Origin: an uncultured delta proteobacterium
GTDB taxonomy: Bacteria; Desulfobacterota; Binatia; Binatales; Binataceae
Direction of reading: 5' to 3'
Length of the DNA stretch: 64,000 nucleotides
Assembly (NCBI GenBank): GCA_963724765.1
Contig: CAVRVY010000004.1
Location: 800,001-864,000, forward strand
A program made the position numbers and the translations under genes. The notes under the pieces are model-generated. The model did no database searches, was not told where the DNA came from, and was given only the letters and a program-made list of their open reading frames with translations. Below, piece by piece: positions 9,774 through 18,914 of the stretch (position 1 is its first letter; every line of letters starts with the position of its first letter).

Positions 9774-10784
9774 ATGAAGGTCGGTTATTTTCCGTGTACT
9801 CAGGATCCGCCGAACGGCGCCAACATCGGCGGCGTGCTCCGCGAGGCGATCGTCGAGGCGCAGGTTGCGGAAGAGAGCGGTTTCGATAGCTGCCTGTTCA
9901 GCGAACACCATCAGCAGGAAGACTGCTACATCCCTAACGTCATCCTGATGGCCGGAATGGTCGGGGTCTGCACCAAGAAGATCAAGGTCGGAACCTGCGT
10001 CACGCTGATTCCGTTGTGGCATCCCGTGCACGCGGCCGAAGACGCGGCGATCGTCGACCAGATAACCGGCGGCCGCATGATCCTGAGCGTGGGCGTGGGC
10101 TATCAGGACCGCGACTTCGAGGCCTTCGGTCTTTCGATCAAGGAGCGCGCCGGACGCAGCGAGGAAGGCGTCGAGGTGCTCAAGAAATGCTGGGAGCAGG
10201 AGCGCTTCTCCCATCACGGCAAGTTCTACAACCTGGACAACGTGATGATCACACCGAAGCCGTTCCAGAAACCGCGGCCGCCGATCTGGATGGCGGCGTG
10301 GAGCGACGTCGGGATCAAACGCGTGGCGCGGATCTCGGACGCCTGGATAACCTCGCCGCTCGAACACGTGAAGGTGATCAAACGCTTCGCCGATCTCTAT
10401 CGCTCCGAGTGCAAGAAGCACGGCAAGAAGCCCTACCTGGTGTTGATGCGCGATATGCTGGTGTCGGACTCGATGGACTCGGCGCGGCGTGAGAGCGAGC
10501 CGCTGATGTACACGCACAAGTTCTACTACCGCAACAACGGCTACGCGCCGGATGAAGTGATCGACAAGGTCAAGTCGGAAAACGACTGGACCTTCGACGT
10601 CGCCTCGCCGAACCGGCTAATCGTCGGATCGCCCAAGGATTGCCTGGCGCAACTGCAGATGTGGCAAAAGGAAGTGCAGCCGGATTACCTGGTCCTGCGC
10701 ATGCGGCATCCGGGCGGCCCCTCGCACGAAAAAACCAAAGAGGCGATTCGGGTGTTCGGCAAGGAGATCGGTCCGAAACTCTGA
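9774..10784 (+). CDS. LLM-class flavin-dependent oxidoreductase
   Basis: AEESGFDSCLFSEHH, HPVHAAEDAA, PKPFQKPRPPIW; ATG 9774 with GGAGG RBS. Confidence 0.92.
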   Translation: MKVGYFPCTQDPPNGANIGGVLREAIVEAQVAEESGFDSCLFSEHHQQEDCYIPNVILMAGMVGVCTKKIKVGTCVTLIPLWHPVHAAEDAAIVDQITGGRMILSVGVGYQDRDFEAFGLSIKERAGRSEEGVEVLKKCWEQERFSHHGKFYNLDNVMITPKPFQKPRPPIWMAAWSDVGIKRVARISDAWITSPLEHVKVIKRFADLYRSECKKHGKKPYLVLMRDMLVSDSMDSARRESEPLMYTHKFYYRNNGYAPDEVIDKVKSENDWTFDVASPNRLIVGSPKDCLAQLQMWQKEVQPDYLVLRMRHPGGPSHEKTKEAIRVFGKEIGPKL

Positions 10785-10830
10785 TTCGGAGTCCGCAACT
10801 CCAAGTCTGCAACGGCCCATAGTGATTCAA

Positions 10831-10885
10831 CGCGGGCTGGCGGCCGCGGCGTAATCGCCGCCCCGCCGGCCCGCGCGTCTTTTTT
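10831..10885 (+). terminator. Intrinsic terminator
   Basis: Stem CGCGGGCTGGCGG/CCGCCGGCCCGCG with inner GCGGCG-TAAT-CGCCGC, followed by a T6 tract; between convergent genes. Confidence 0.8.
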
Positions 10886-10923
10886 GGCGATGCCGACTGA
10901 CGGGAGTGGAAGCAGTGAAATAG

Positions 10924-12156
10924 CTAACGGACGGCGCGCAGCGTGCGGCGGCCGGACTTTGCCGTGCGCAACGCGAGGAGCCGATCGAGGATCACGTCGG
11001 CGACCTCGTCCTTGCTGAGTTTGGGATGCTCGACGGCGCGGCCGTCATCGCCGATGATCGTCACAATATTAGTATCGACGGCAAAACCGGCGTCGCTGCG
11101 CGACACGTCGTTGGCGACAATGAGGTCGAGGCGCTTGCGCCGCAGCTTGTCGGCCGCGTTTTCCTCGAGGCTCTGGGTCTCGGCGGCGAAGCCGATCACG
11201 ATACGCGAGCCTTTGCGCGCGCTTAGCCGCGGCATCTCGTCCGCGATTCCCTCCAACTCGAGCGTCATCCCGCGCGCGTTCTTCTTGATCTTGTGCGGCG
11301 CCTGATGCGTCGGCCGAAAATCCGCCACCGCCGCCGCCATCACCAATGCCGTGCTCCAGGGAAAGTTGCGCGCGGTCGCATTCAGCATCTCGGCCGCGCT
11401 GACCGTATCGATCCGTTCGGCGCCGTACGGCGTCCCTAGCGGCGACGGCCCGGCGATCAGCCTGACGCTCGCGCCGCGCCGCCACGCCGCGCGCGCGATC
11501 GCAAAACCCATCTTGCCCGTCGATCGGTTCGAGACGAAGCGCACCGGATCGATCATCTCCTGCGTCGGTCCGGCCGTCACCAGGATGCGCTCGGCGGCAA
11601 GGTCGTGCGGCGACAGCATCCGCTCGACCTCCTCGACGATCGCCGCGGGATCCGGCAGCCGCCCCTTGCCCTGGTAGCCGCAGGCGAGATCGCCGGAGGC
11701 AGGCTCGATAACCGTCACGCCGCGAGCCTTCAGCCGCGCGAGGTTCTCGCCCACGGTCGGATGCGCGTACATGTGAACGTTCATCGCGGGCGCGAAGGCA
11801 ACGGGGCACTGCGCGGCGAGCAGGACCGTCGTCACGATGTCGTCGGCGATACCGACCGCGGCCTTGGCGATTACGTCGGCGCTGGCGGGCGCGATCACGA
11901 TCGCGTCGGCGGTGTCGGCGAGCTGGATATGTCCGATTTCGGATTCCTCGGTGAGGCTGAAGGTGTCGGTCGCGACCGGATTGGCGCTCAGCGTCTGCAG
12001 CGTCAGCGGCGTGATGAACTCGGCCGCGTTGCGCGACATCATCACACGCACCCGCGCCTGCTGCGCGGTCAGCAATCGCACCAACTCGGCGGCTTTATAA
12101 GCGGCGATTCCGCCGCATACGCCGACCACGATCGTCTTGTCCTTCAAAACGCCCAT
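10924..12156 (-). CDS. coaBC: Bifunctional phosphopantothenoylcysteine decarboxylase/ligase
   Basis: GGIAAYKA, APAMNVHMY, LACGYQGKGRL, TAGPTQE, SNRSTGKMG, GFAAET; start ATG 12156. Confidence 0.97.
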   Translation of the reverse strand: MGVLKDKTIVVGVCGGIAAYKAAELVRLLTAQQARVRVMMSRNAAEFITPLTLQTLSANPVATDTFSLTEESEIGHIQLADTADAIVIAPASADVIAKAAVGIADDIVTTVLLAAQCPVAFAPAMNVHMYAHPTVGENLARLKARGVTVIEPASGDLACGYQGKGRLPDPAAIVEEVERMLSPHDLAAERILVTAGPTQEMIDPVRFVSNRSTGKMGFAIARAAWRRGASVRLIAGPSPLGTPYGAERIDTVSAAEMLNATARNFPWSTALVMAAAVADFRPTHQAPHKIKKNARGMTLELEGIADEMPRLSARKGSRIVIGFAAETQSLEENAADKLRRKRLDLIVANDVSRSDAGFAVDTNIVTIIGDDGRAVEHPKLSKDEVADVILDRLLALRTAKSGRRTLRAVR

Positions 12157-12228
12157 CGTGTAGCCAATTCTATGGGGTCGGCGGGAGGTGGAGAAAGAGC
12201 CTCGCAAACGCGGCGTCGGGCATATGTC

Positions 12229-12972
12229 TTACGGGCGCGAACCGAAGTAAACCGCGAAGCGCCACTGTTTGAAGGCGCAATCGACCTCGATGAAGCCCGC
12301 CGCGCGCATCCACTCGAGCTGATCGCGAAGCGTCGCGCATCGGTCGTGCCGCATCCGTTCCACCGCGCGCTCATACTCCAGCCGGTCGACGCCCGATCCC
12401 AGCACCTGTTCGTCCCACAGCCGGCGGTAGCGCGCTTCGGCCGCCGGCGTCGGTCCCAGCACCTGCTCGGCGTTGACGAACAGGCCCGTGGGCCGCAGCG
12501 CCTCGAAGACTCGCGCAAAGAGCGAGCGCTTGGCACCGTCGTGCAGGTGATGGATCGAAAGCGCCGAAATCACCAGGTCCCACGGCCCGCCGAGGCTGCC
12601 CTGGGTGTAATCGCGTACCTCGAAGCTGACGTTTGAGTCCGCGGCGCCGGCGAATCTCTGCCGCGCCTGCTCCAGCATCGCGTCGGATACGTCAATTAAA
12701 TGAAGCTTCGCTTGTAAATGAAGCTTCGCTTGCAAATTAAGCCGCGCCTGCGCCAGTCGGCCGAGCACCATCGCGGAGAAAAGCCCGGTTCCGGCGCCTA
12801 AATCGAGCACCTCCAGCGTCGCGGAGGCGCGAGCGCCGGCCCAGTCATCGATTACATCGAGCGCGCTCCCATAGAAACCGTCGAAGCAGGGAACGAGGTT
12901 GCGGCGCACGGCGTCGTAGCCTTGCGCGCCGAGATTGAAAAGCTCGCCTATCGCGTTGCTGGAACCGCTCAT
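12229..12972 (-). CDS. Class I SAM-dependent methyltransferase
   Basis: VLDLGAGTG, SALSIHHL, GLFVNAEQV; contains an 18-bp in-frame duplication. Confidence 0.9.
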   Translation of the reverse strand: MSGSSNAIGELFNLGAQGYDAVRRNLVPCFDGFYGSALDVIDDWAGARASATLEVLDLGAGTGLFSAMVLGRLAQARLNLQAKLHLQAKLHLIDVSDAMLEQARQRFAGAADSNVSFEVRDYTQGSLGGPWDLVISALSIHHLHDGAKRSLFARVFEALRPTGLFVNAEQVLGPTPAAEARYRRLWDEQVLGSGVDRLEYERAVERMRHDRCATLRDQLEWMRAAGFIEVDCAFKQWRFAVYFGSRP

Positions 12973-13033
12973 CGGATGCGATGAGGTGCGGCTGCCGTAT
13001 TGGTCGGCGCCCGGCGCCGAGCCATGCGCACCG

Positions 13034-14137
13034 TTAGCGTTCGATCTCGCCGCTGATGAACTTCTCGACCCGTTCGCGGGCGATATCGTCGGCGATCTGC
13101 CGCGGCGGATGCTTCATCGTGTAGGCCGCGATCGAGTAGAGCGGCCCGCCAATCTTGCGGTCGCGCGCCAGCCGCAGGCATCGAATCGCGTCGATCACCA
13201 CGCCGCCCGAGTTGGGCGAATCCTGCACCGACATCCTGAGCTCCAGCTCGATTGGAATTCCGGCGAAGCCCTCGCCCTCGATCCGCAGGAAGCAGACCTT
13301 GTTGTCACGCTGCCAGGCGACGTAATCCGACGGCCCGATATGCACGTCGGCGTCGGGCATCCGCTCGGGCATCACGCTCTGCACGGCCTCGGTCTTGGAC
13401 TTGCGCTTGGAGCCCAGGCGCGAGCGGTCGAGCATGTTGAGGAAGTCGGTATTGCCGCCGGTGTTGAGCTGGTAGGTGTGGCGCACCTTGATTCCGCGGT
13501 CGGCGAACAGCTTCATGATGGTGCGATGCAGGATGGTCGAGCCGAGTTGCGACTTGACGTCGTCGCCGACCACTGGAATTTTGCGCTCGGTGAACTCGGC
13601 CGCCCATTTCTCGTTCGACACGATGAACACCGGCATGCAGTTGAGCAGGCTGACGCCGGTCGCCAGGCAGGCGCGCGCATAACGCTCGACCGCCTTCTGG
13701 CTGCCCACCGGCAGATAACACAGCATCACCTCGGCGCCGCTCTCGCGCAGGCGGCGCTCGATGTCCACCGGCTTATCGTTGGCCGGCAGGAAGCTGCATT
13801 CGGGCGGATACTGCGACATGTGCTCGGCGACGCCGTCATGAATCTCGCCCATGTCGACCGTGACGCCGTACCTGGGCAAGTCGCGCCAGATGGTGATGGT
13901 ATTGTTGGGCAGTGCAAAGCAGGCGTCCTCGAGCGGCCGGCCAACCTTGCGCGAATCGATGTCGAACGCGCAGGCGACCTCGATATCGCCAGGCTTGTAG
14001 CCGGCGAGGTCGTAATGCATCAGGCCGATCGGATTGCTCTGCGCCTTGGCCGGGGCATGTTGGTAGAACTCGATGCCCTGGAGGAGGGAGGATGCGCAGT
14101 TGCCCACTCCGACGATTGCTACTCGAATCTTCGCCAT
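13034..14137 (-). CDS. ino1: Myo-inositol-1-phosphate synthase
   Basis: GVGNCASSL, YLPVGS, GDDVKSQLG, QLNTGGNTDFLNM, SKRKSKT, DSPNSGG. Confidence 0.96.
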   Translation of the reverse strand: MAKIRVAIVGVGNCASSLLQGIEFYQHAPAKAQSNPIGLMHYDLAGYKPGDIEVACAFDIDSRKVGRPLEDACFALPNNTITIWRDLPRYGVTVDMGEIHDGVAEHMSQYPPECSFLPANDKPVDIERRLRESGAEVMLCYLPVGSQKAVERYARACLATGVSLLNCMPVFIVSNEKWAAEFTERKIPVVGDDVKSQLGSTILHRTIMKLFADRGIKVRHTYQLNTGGNTDFLNMLDRSRLGSKRKSKTEAVQSVMPERMPDADVHIGPSDYVAWQRDNKVCFLRIEGEGFAGIPIELELRMSVQDSPNSGGVVIDAIRCLRLARDRKIGGPLYSIAAYTMKHPPRQIADDIARERVEKFISGEIER

Positions 14138-14170
14138 GTCCCTCTTCTCAACTCACCGCGCCCCATCTTC

Positions 14171-14192
14171 CACAAATATCGCACAAATATTG
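14171..14192 (-). promoter_or_regulatory. 11-bp direct repeat upstream of ino1
   Basis: CACAAATATCG CACAAATATTG on the plus strand, about 35-55 bp upstream of the start; one helical-turn period. Confidence 0.4.
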
Positions 14193-14352
14193 CTTAGGTG
14201 CGTCCGCACGGGCCGCTCCCCGAAAGATAAGTGGAACTGATAATGTCCTGTGGTTTTATAGGAGCCCGGCAGCAAAGTAAATTGCTCAGGACGCGGTTGC
14301 CCACAGCGTCTCAGAGCGATTTCGCCCGGAGTGGCGAAACCGGCCGAGGCCC

Positions 14353-14688
14353 TCAGCCTGCTCGAAACCTCGAGGGAAACGGCTCTTCGATTTGCTGGCC
14401 CGGATGGAGCTTGCGCGCACGCTCGATAAGCGCCGGCTCCTGCTCGGGGATGTCGGGGTCGGGGACGCAACAATCGACCGGGCACACCATTGCGCACTGC
14501 TCCCGGTCAAAAAATCCGACGCACTCGCTGCACTTGCCGGGTGCGATGTAATAGACGTCCTCCCTGAGCGGCGGATGTTCCTCGCCGTCGAGTTCCCATC
14601 TCTGACCGCCCTCGTAAATCGCGTTATTGGGGCACGCGGGCTCGCAAAAGCCGCAATTGATGCACTCTTCGGTAATCAGCGTCGACAT
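14353..14688 (-). CDS. YfhL-family 2x[4Fe-4S] ferredoxin
   Basis: CINCGFCEPACP and CSECVG...QCAMVCPVDCC. Confidence 0.92.
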   Translation of the reverse strand: MSTLITEECINCGFCEPACPNNAIYEGGQRWELDGEEHPPLREDVYYIAPGKCSECVGFFDREQCAMVCPVDCCVPDPDIPEQEPALIERARKLHPGQQIEEPFPSRFRAG

Positions 14689-14814
14689 GATCGAGATCCG
14701 GCGCCCGCGCTCCCAATGCCAGCGCCTAAGCGACGCTATCTATCCCGTAATGCTGAGAGAATATCGGCGCCCGTCGACATGAGCAAGGGGCAAATGGCCC
14801 TAATCGCATCGCAG

Positions 14815-15870
14815 TTAGTCCTTGGGCATCGCCGCCAGCACACCGCGCGCGAGGTCCAGGAAGGCGCGGGTTGCGGGATGCTCGGGGTCTTTCAGCACAA
14901 TCGGCATCCCGGCGTCGCCCGCCTCGCGCACCTCGAGATGGATCGGTATCTGCGCCAGCACCCGCGTGCCCTCCTCCATCGCGAGCTTCGCTCCGCCGCC
15001 TGCGCCGAACAACTCGTCGCGCTCGCCGCAATCGGGACAGACGAAGTAGCTCATGTTCTCGACCACGCCGATAACCGGGCAGTGCAACTGATGCAGCATC
15101 CGCGCCGCCCGCGTCGCGTCGAGCAGCGCCACGTCCTGCGGCGTGGTGACGATGACCGCGCCATCGAGCGCGACCTGCTGGGCCAGCGTGAGCTGCGCGT
15201 CGCCGGTGCCCGGCGGCAGATCGACGATCAGAAAATCCTGCGTACCCCACAACGTGTCCTTCAGGAACTGGCGCACGGCGCCCATCACCATCGGGCCGCG
15301 CCAGATGACCGGCGACTTGTCGGTCAGGAAAAAACCCATCGAGATGAGCTTCACGCCGTAGCGCTCGACTGGGTAGAAATTCTGGCCGCCGGCCGCGCGC
15401 GGCCGCTCCTCATCCACCCCGAACATCATTGGCACCGACGGCCCATAAACGTCGGCGTCCATCAGCCCGACCGTCATCCCGAGTTGCTTGAGCGCCATCG
15501 CGAGGTTCACCGCGACCGTCGACTTGCCGACTCCGCCCTTGCCGCTCAGCACCGCGACCACGTAGCGCGTACCCTCCAGGCGCACGCGCCCGGTCTTCTC
15601 GCCCAACTCGGCCTCGAGCTTGCGCAGCTTGAGTTCGACCCGCGCAACGCCGAGGTCGCGCTTGAGCGTCGCGCTGATCGCGCCGGCGAGATCGTGCATT
15701 AGGCGGTCGTTCTCGCTCACCTGCCGCACGATCACCGCGAAGCCGCCGGCCATTTCCAACGGCTGGACGGCCTCGATAATTCCGAGCGAAACGACGTCGG
15801 CCGCATAGCCAGGATAATTCACCCGGCCCAGCGCCTCGAGCACTGCATCAACGGTTATCTGCCTGGCCAC
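14815..15870 (-). CDS. apbC: Mrp/NBP35 Fe-S carrier ATPase
   Basis: SGKGGVGKST, DADVYGPS, WRGPM, DLPPGTGD, ENMSYFVCPDC. Confidence 0.95.
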   Translation of the reverse strand: MARQITVDAVLEALGRVNYPGYAADVVSLGIIEAVQPLEMAGGFAVIVRQVSENDRLMHDLAGAISATLKRDLGVARVELKLRKLEAELGEKTGRVRLEGTRYVVAVLSGKGGVGKSTVAVNLAMALKQLGMTVGLMDADVYGPSVPMMFGVDEERPRAAGGQNFYPVERYGVKLISMGFFLTDKSPVIWRGPMVMGAVRQFLKDTLWGTQDFLIVDLPPGTGDAQLTLAQQVALDGAVIVTTPQDVALLDATRAARMLHQLHCPVIGVVENMSYFVCPDCGERDELFGAGGGAKLAMEEGTRVLAQIPIHLEVREAGDAGMPIVLKDPEHPATRAFLDLARGVLAAMPKD

Positions 15871-15993
15871 GCGACGATTATTTCAGAAGCCGCGGCGCGC
15901 GCGAAGCGCTGTCAGGCGGCGCTGGCAACGCCGGCGCGATTTTGCGCGCGAATGTTTGCGAGTCGCTTTCGAATCGCGGGATTTAAGCCGCGT

Positions 15994-16383
15994 CTACTTC
16001 GAGTTGCGCTCGACGAATTCGAGCCGATTGCCCCAGGGATCGCGCACGAAAAAACGTTCCTGGCCGGGAAACCGGTTGCCCGCGACAATTTCGACTCGCG
16101 CCGCCGAAAGCCGCTCGCGCAATCCTTCGAGGTTTAAGACGCGAAAGGCAGGATGGCGCCGCGAAGCTCGATTCTCGGAGGACGCTCCGGCGCCGGTGAT
16201 GATATGCAGCTGCTGGAGACCGCACTGCAGCCATGCTCCGGGACGCCCATTGTCAGTGTTGGCGGGACGGTCGAGCGACGTAAGACCGAGAAGCTCGACG
16301 TAAAACTTGAGCGCGTGGCGCAGCGCCTCATCGCCGTCGTCAATCTGAATCGTTACGTGATCGATTCCGACGATATAGCTCAT
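15994..16383 (-). CDS. VOC/glyoxalase family protein
   Basis: IDHVTI, FYVELLGL, HPAFRV, FFVRDPWGNRLE. Confidence 0.9.
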   Translation of the reverse strand: MSYIVGIDHVTIQIDDGDEALRHALKFYVELLGLTSLDRPANTDNGRPGAWLQCGLQQLHIITGAGASSENRASRRHPAFRVLNLEGLRERLSAARVEIVAGNRFPGQERFFVRDPWGNRLEFVERNSK

Positions 16384-16548
16384 GGCGCACCTCTCCGCAT
16401 CGATGTTTAATTCGAGTATCCATTCGGATCATAACACGGAGCGGCCGTGTCTGACCGAAACCTGACTCAAGAGTCGCGCAGAAGGTGCACAAATGAGTGG
16501 AGCCGGTTTCTAAACGAGCGCACGTGATTATTCGCGCGTGATTACCGC

Positions 16549-17628
16549 CTACGGGCGGCGCAGGTCCTGGATCACTTCGCGCACTGTGGCACGATCGCGG
16601 TCGCTCCGGAGCGGGATTTCGAAGTCGAGCCGGTTGACGCCGGCGAAGCGCTTTTTCATTACTGCCGCGATATCGCGGTAGGTGCCGACCGCGGCGAACG
16701 CGTGCACCATTTCCTCGGTCACCAGCTTCGGCATCTCGCCCCACTTCTGCTGCACGGAGAGCCGATGAAGCTGCTCGGCCCGATCGGCCCATCCGTCGAG
16801 CTCGAAACTCGCGCGGTACGATCGCGTCGAGCCATAGAACGCGATCGTCTCTTTCATCTTCTCGACTGCGCGCGCCAGTGAATCGGCGTCGGGTGCGACG
16901 CACAGAAATCCGCCGCCCGAAATCTGGAAGCTCTCCCATTCGGCGGCCGGCCGTCCCGACCTGGCGAAGCCCTTGCGCAGGTTGGGAAACGCGATTTCGT
17001 CAAGATAGCGGCGCGTGCAGATGCCGTGCAGGCGTACGCCGTCGCACACCTCACCCGCGACTTGCAGCATGTGCTCCTGAACCGCGGCGATCAGCACCGG
17101 GATATGCGGGTGCTTAAGCGGCGGCGGCGCGAAGTTCGGCGTCATCAGCGAGAGATTGTAGTGCTCGCTTTGAAAATCGAGCGGCGCACCGGTCTGCCAG
17201 GTGTTCCAGCACGCACGCATCGCACCGACATAGTCCTTCATCCGCTGCGCCGGCCTGGTAAACGGCATCCCGAAGCGCCGCGTGATATGGCCCTTCACCT
17301 GCGAGCCCAGCCCGAGTACGAGCCGCCCACCGCTCATCCGCTGGAGGTCCCACGCGGTGTATGCGGTTGCGACCGGGCTTTTCGTGAACGCGAGCGCGAT
17401 TCCCGTGCCGAGTTCGATCGTCGAAGGTTCCTGGGCGGCGACCGCGAGGATGAGGAACGGGTCGTGCTGCACTTCGACCGCGACGACCGTGTCGTAGCCG
17501 AGCGCGCCGGCTTCGCGCACCTGCTCGCCCAGCGTCGTCCAGGCCGGCTCGGGTTTGCCGCCCGCGCCCATCTCGGGCGTATAGGCGGCGCCGAGATTCA
17601 GCATGCGTTCGATTTTGATTTTCGCCAC
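16549..17628 (-). CDS. LLM oxidoreductase, TIGR03617-like (probably F420-dependent)
   Basis: EVQHDPF, GTGIALAF, AYTAWDLQ, GLGSQVKGHITRRFG, MTPNFAP, IAFYGST; GTG start 17628. Confidence 0.85.
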   Translation of the reverse strand: MAKIKIERMLNLGAAYTPEMGAGGKPEPAWTTLGEQVREAGALGYDTVVAVEVQHDPFLILAVAAQEPSTIELGTGIALAFTKSPVATAYTAWDLQRMSGGRLVLGLGSQVKGHITRRFGMPFTRPAQRMKDYVGAMRACWNTWQTGAPLDFQSEHYNLSLMTPNFAPPPLKHPHIPVLIAAVQEHMLQVAGEVCDGVRLHGICTRRYLDEIAFPNLRKGFARSGRPAAEWESFQISGGGFLCVAPDADSLARAVEKMKETIAFYGSTRSYRASFELDGWADRAEQLHRLSVQQKWGEMPKLVTEEMVHAFAAVGTYRDIAAVMKKRFAGVNRLDFEIPLRSDRDRATVREVIQDLRRP

Positions 17629-17638
17629 GGCGTGATGA

Positions 17639-18883
17639 CTAGGCCGCGATGCCCGGCGCGGGGAAGCGGCGGCACATCTCGGTGACCTCGCCGTTGATCC
17701 GCCCGAGCGCGGCCTCGTCGTCGGCGTGCGCGACCGTCTGGTCAATCCATCGCGCGATCTGGCGCATCTCGCCCTCGCCCATCCCGCGCGAGGTAACTGC
17801 CGGCGTTCCGAGCCGCAATCCGCTGGGGCTGAAGGGTTTGCGCGGATCGTAAGGCACGGTGTTGTAGTTGCAGACGATTCCCGCGCGGTCGAGCGCCTGC
17901 GCCGCCTTCTTGCCGATCACTTTTTTGTTGGTGAGGTCGATCAGGATGAGATGGTTGTCGGTGCCGCCCGAGACCAGGTTGAAGCCATGCGCGAGCAATT
18001 CCTCGGCCATCGCCCTGGCGTTGCGCACGATCTGATGGCCGTACTCCCTGAAGGCCGGAGTCGCCGCCTCCTTGAGCGCCACGCCAATCGCGGCGGTGGT
18101 GTGGTTGTGCGGGCCGCCTTGCAGGCCGGGGAAGACCGCCTTGTCGATTTTCTCAGCGACTTCGTTGCGGCAGAGGATCATCGCGCCGCGCGGCCCGCGC
18201 AGCGTCTTGTGCGTGGTGGTGGTGACGACGTCGGCGTAGGGCACGGCGTCGGGATGCGCGCCAGCGACGATCAGCCCGGCGATGTGCGAGATGTCGGCCA
18301 GCATGAATGCGCCGACCTCTTTTGCAATTTCACCGAAAATCTTGAAGTCGAACTGGCGCGGATAGGCGGTCGCGCCGGTAACGATAATCTTCGGCCGCTC
18401 CTTTTTCGCCAGATCGCGCACCGCGTCGTAGTCGATACGCTGGCTTTCGCGATCGACCTGGTAATGCACCGCGCGCCAGAAAATTCCGGTCGCGCTGACC
18501 GCCCATCCGTGGGTCAGATGGCCGCCGTGCGGCAGCGCCAGGCCCATCAGTGTCTCGCCCGGCTTGAGCAGTGCGAGGTAGACCGCGAGGTTGGCGGGCG
18601 AGCCCGAGTAGGGCTGGACGTTGGCGTGCTCGGCCCCGAAAAGCGCACGGGCGCGGGCGACGACGACGTTTTCTATTTGGTCGATGTAGCGCTGGCCCTC
18701 GTAGTAGCGCCGTCCCGAGTAGCCTTCGGAGTACTTGTTGGTGAGGATCGAACCGGTCGCCTCGAGCACCGCGCGCGAGACGTAGTTCTCCGAGGGGATG
18801 AGGCGCACGGAATCGATCTCGTAACGCTCTTCGGCGCGGATCAGATCGTAAATTTCGGGATCGGTCTGCTTAAGCGCGTCCAT
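17639..18883 (-). CDS. glyA: Serine hydroxymethyltransferase
   Basis: LIPSENY, NKYSEGY, GGHLTHG, TTTHKTLRGPRG, FPGLQGGP; ATG 18883. Confidence 0.98.
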   Translation of the reverse strand: MDALKQTDPEIYDLIRAEERYEIDSVRLIPSENYVSRAVLEATGSILTNKYSEGYSGRRYYEGQRYIDQIENVVVARARALFGAEHANVQPYSGSPANLAVYLALLKPGETLMGLALPHGGHLTHGWAVSATGIFWRAVHYQVDRESQRIDYDAVRDLAKKERPKIIVTGATAYPRQFDFKIFGEIAKEVGAFMLADISHIAGLIVAGAHPDAVPYADVVTTTTHKTLRGPRGAMILCRNEVAEKIDKAVFPGLQGGPHNHTTAAIGVALKEAATPAFREYGHQIVRNARAMAEELLAHGFNLVSGGTDNHLILIDLTNKKVIGKKAAQALDRAGIVCNYNTVPYDPRKPFSPSGLRLGTPAVTSRGMGEGEMRQIARWIDQTVAHADDEAALGRINGEVTEMCRRFPAPGIAA

Positions 18884-18914
18884 TATTTTTCCGCCGTTTG
18901 GTCTGGTTGCTGAA

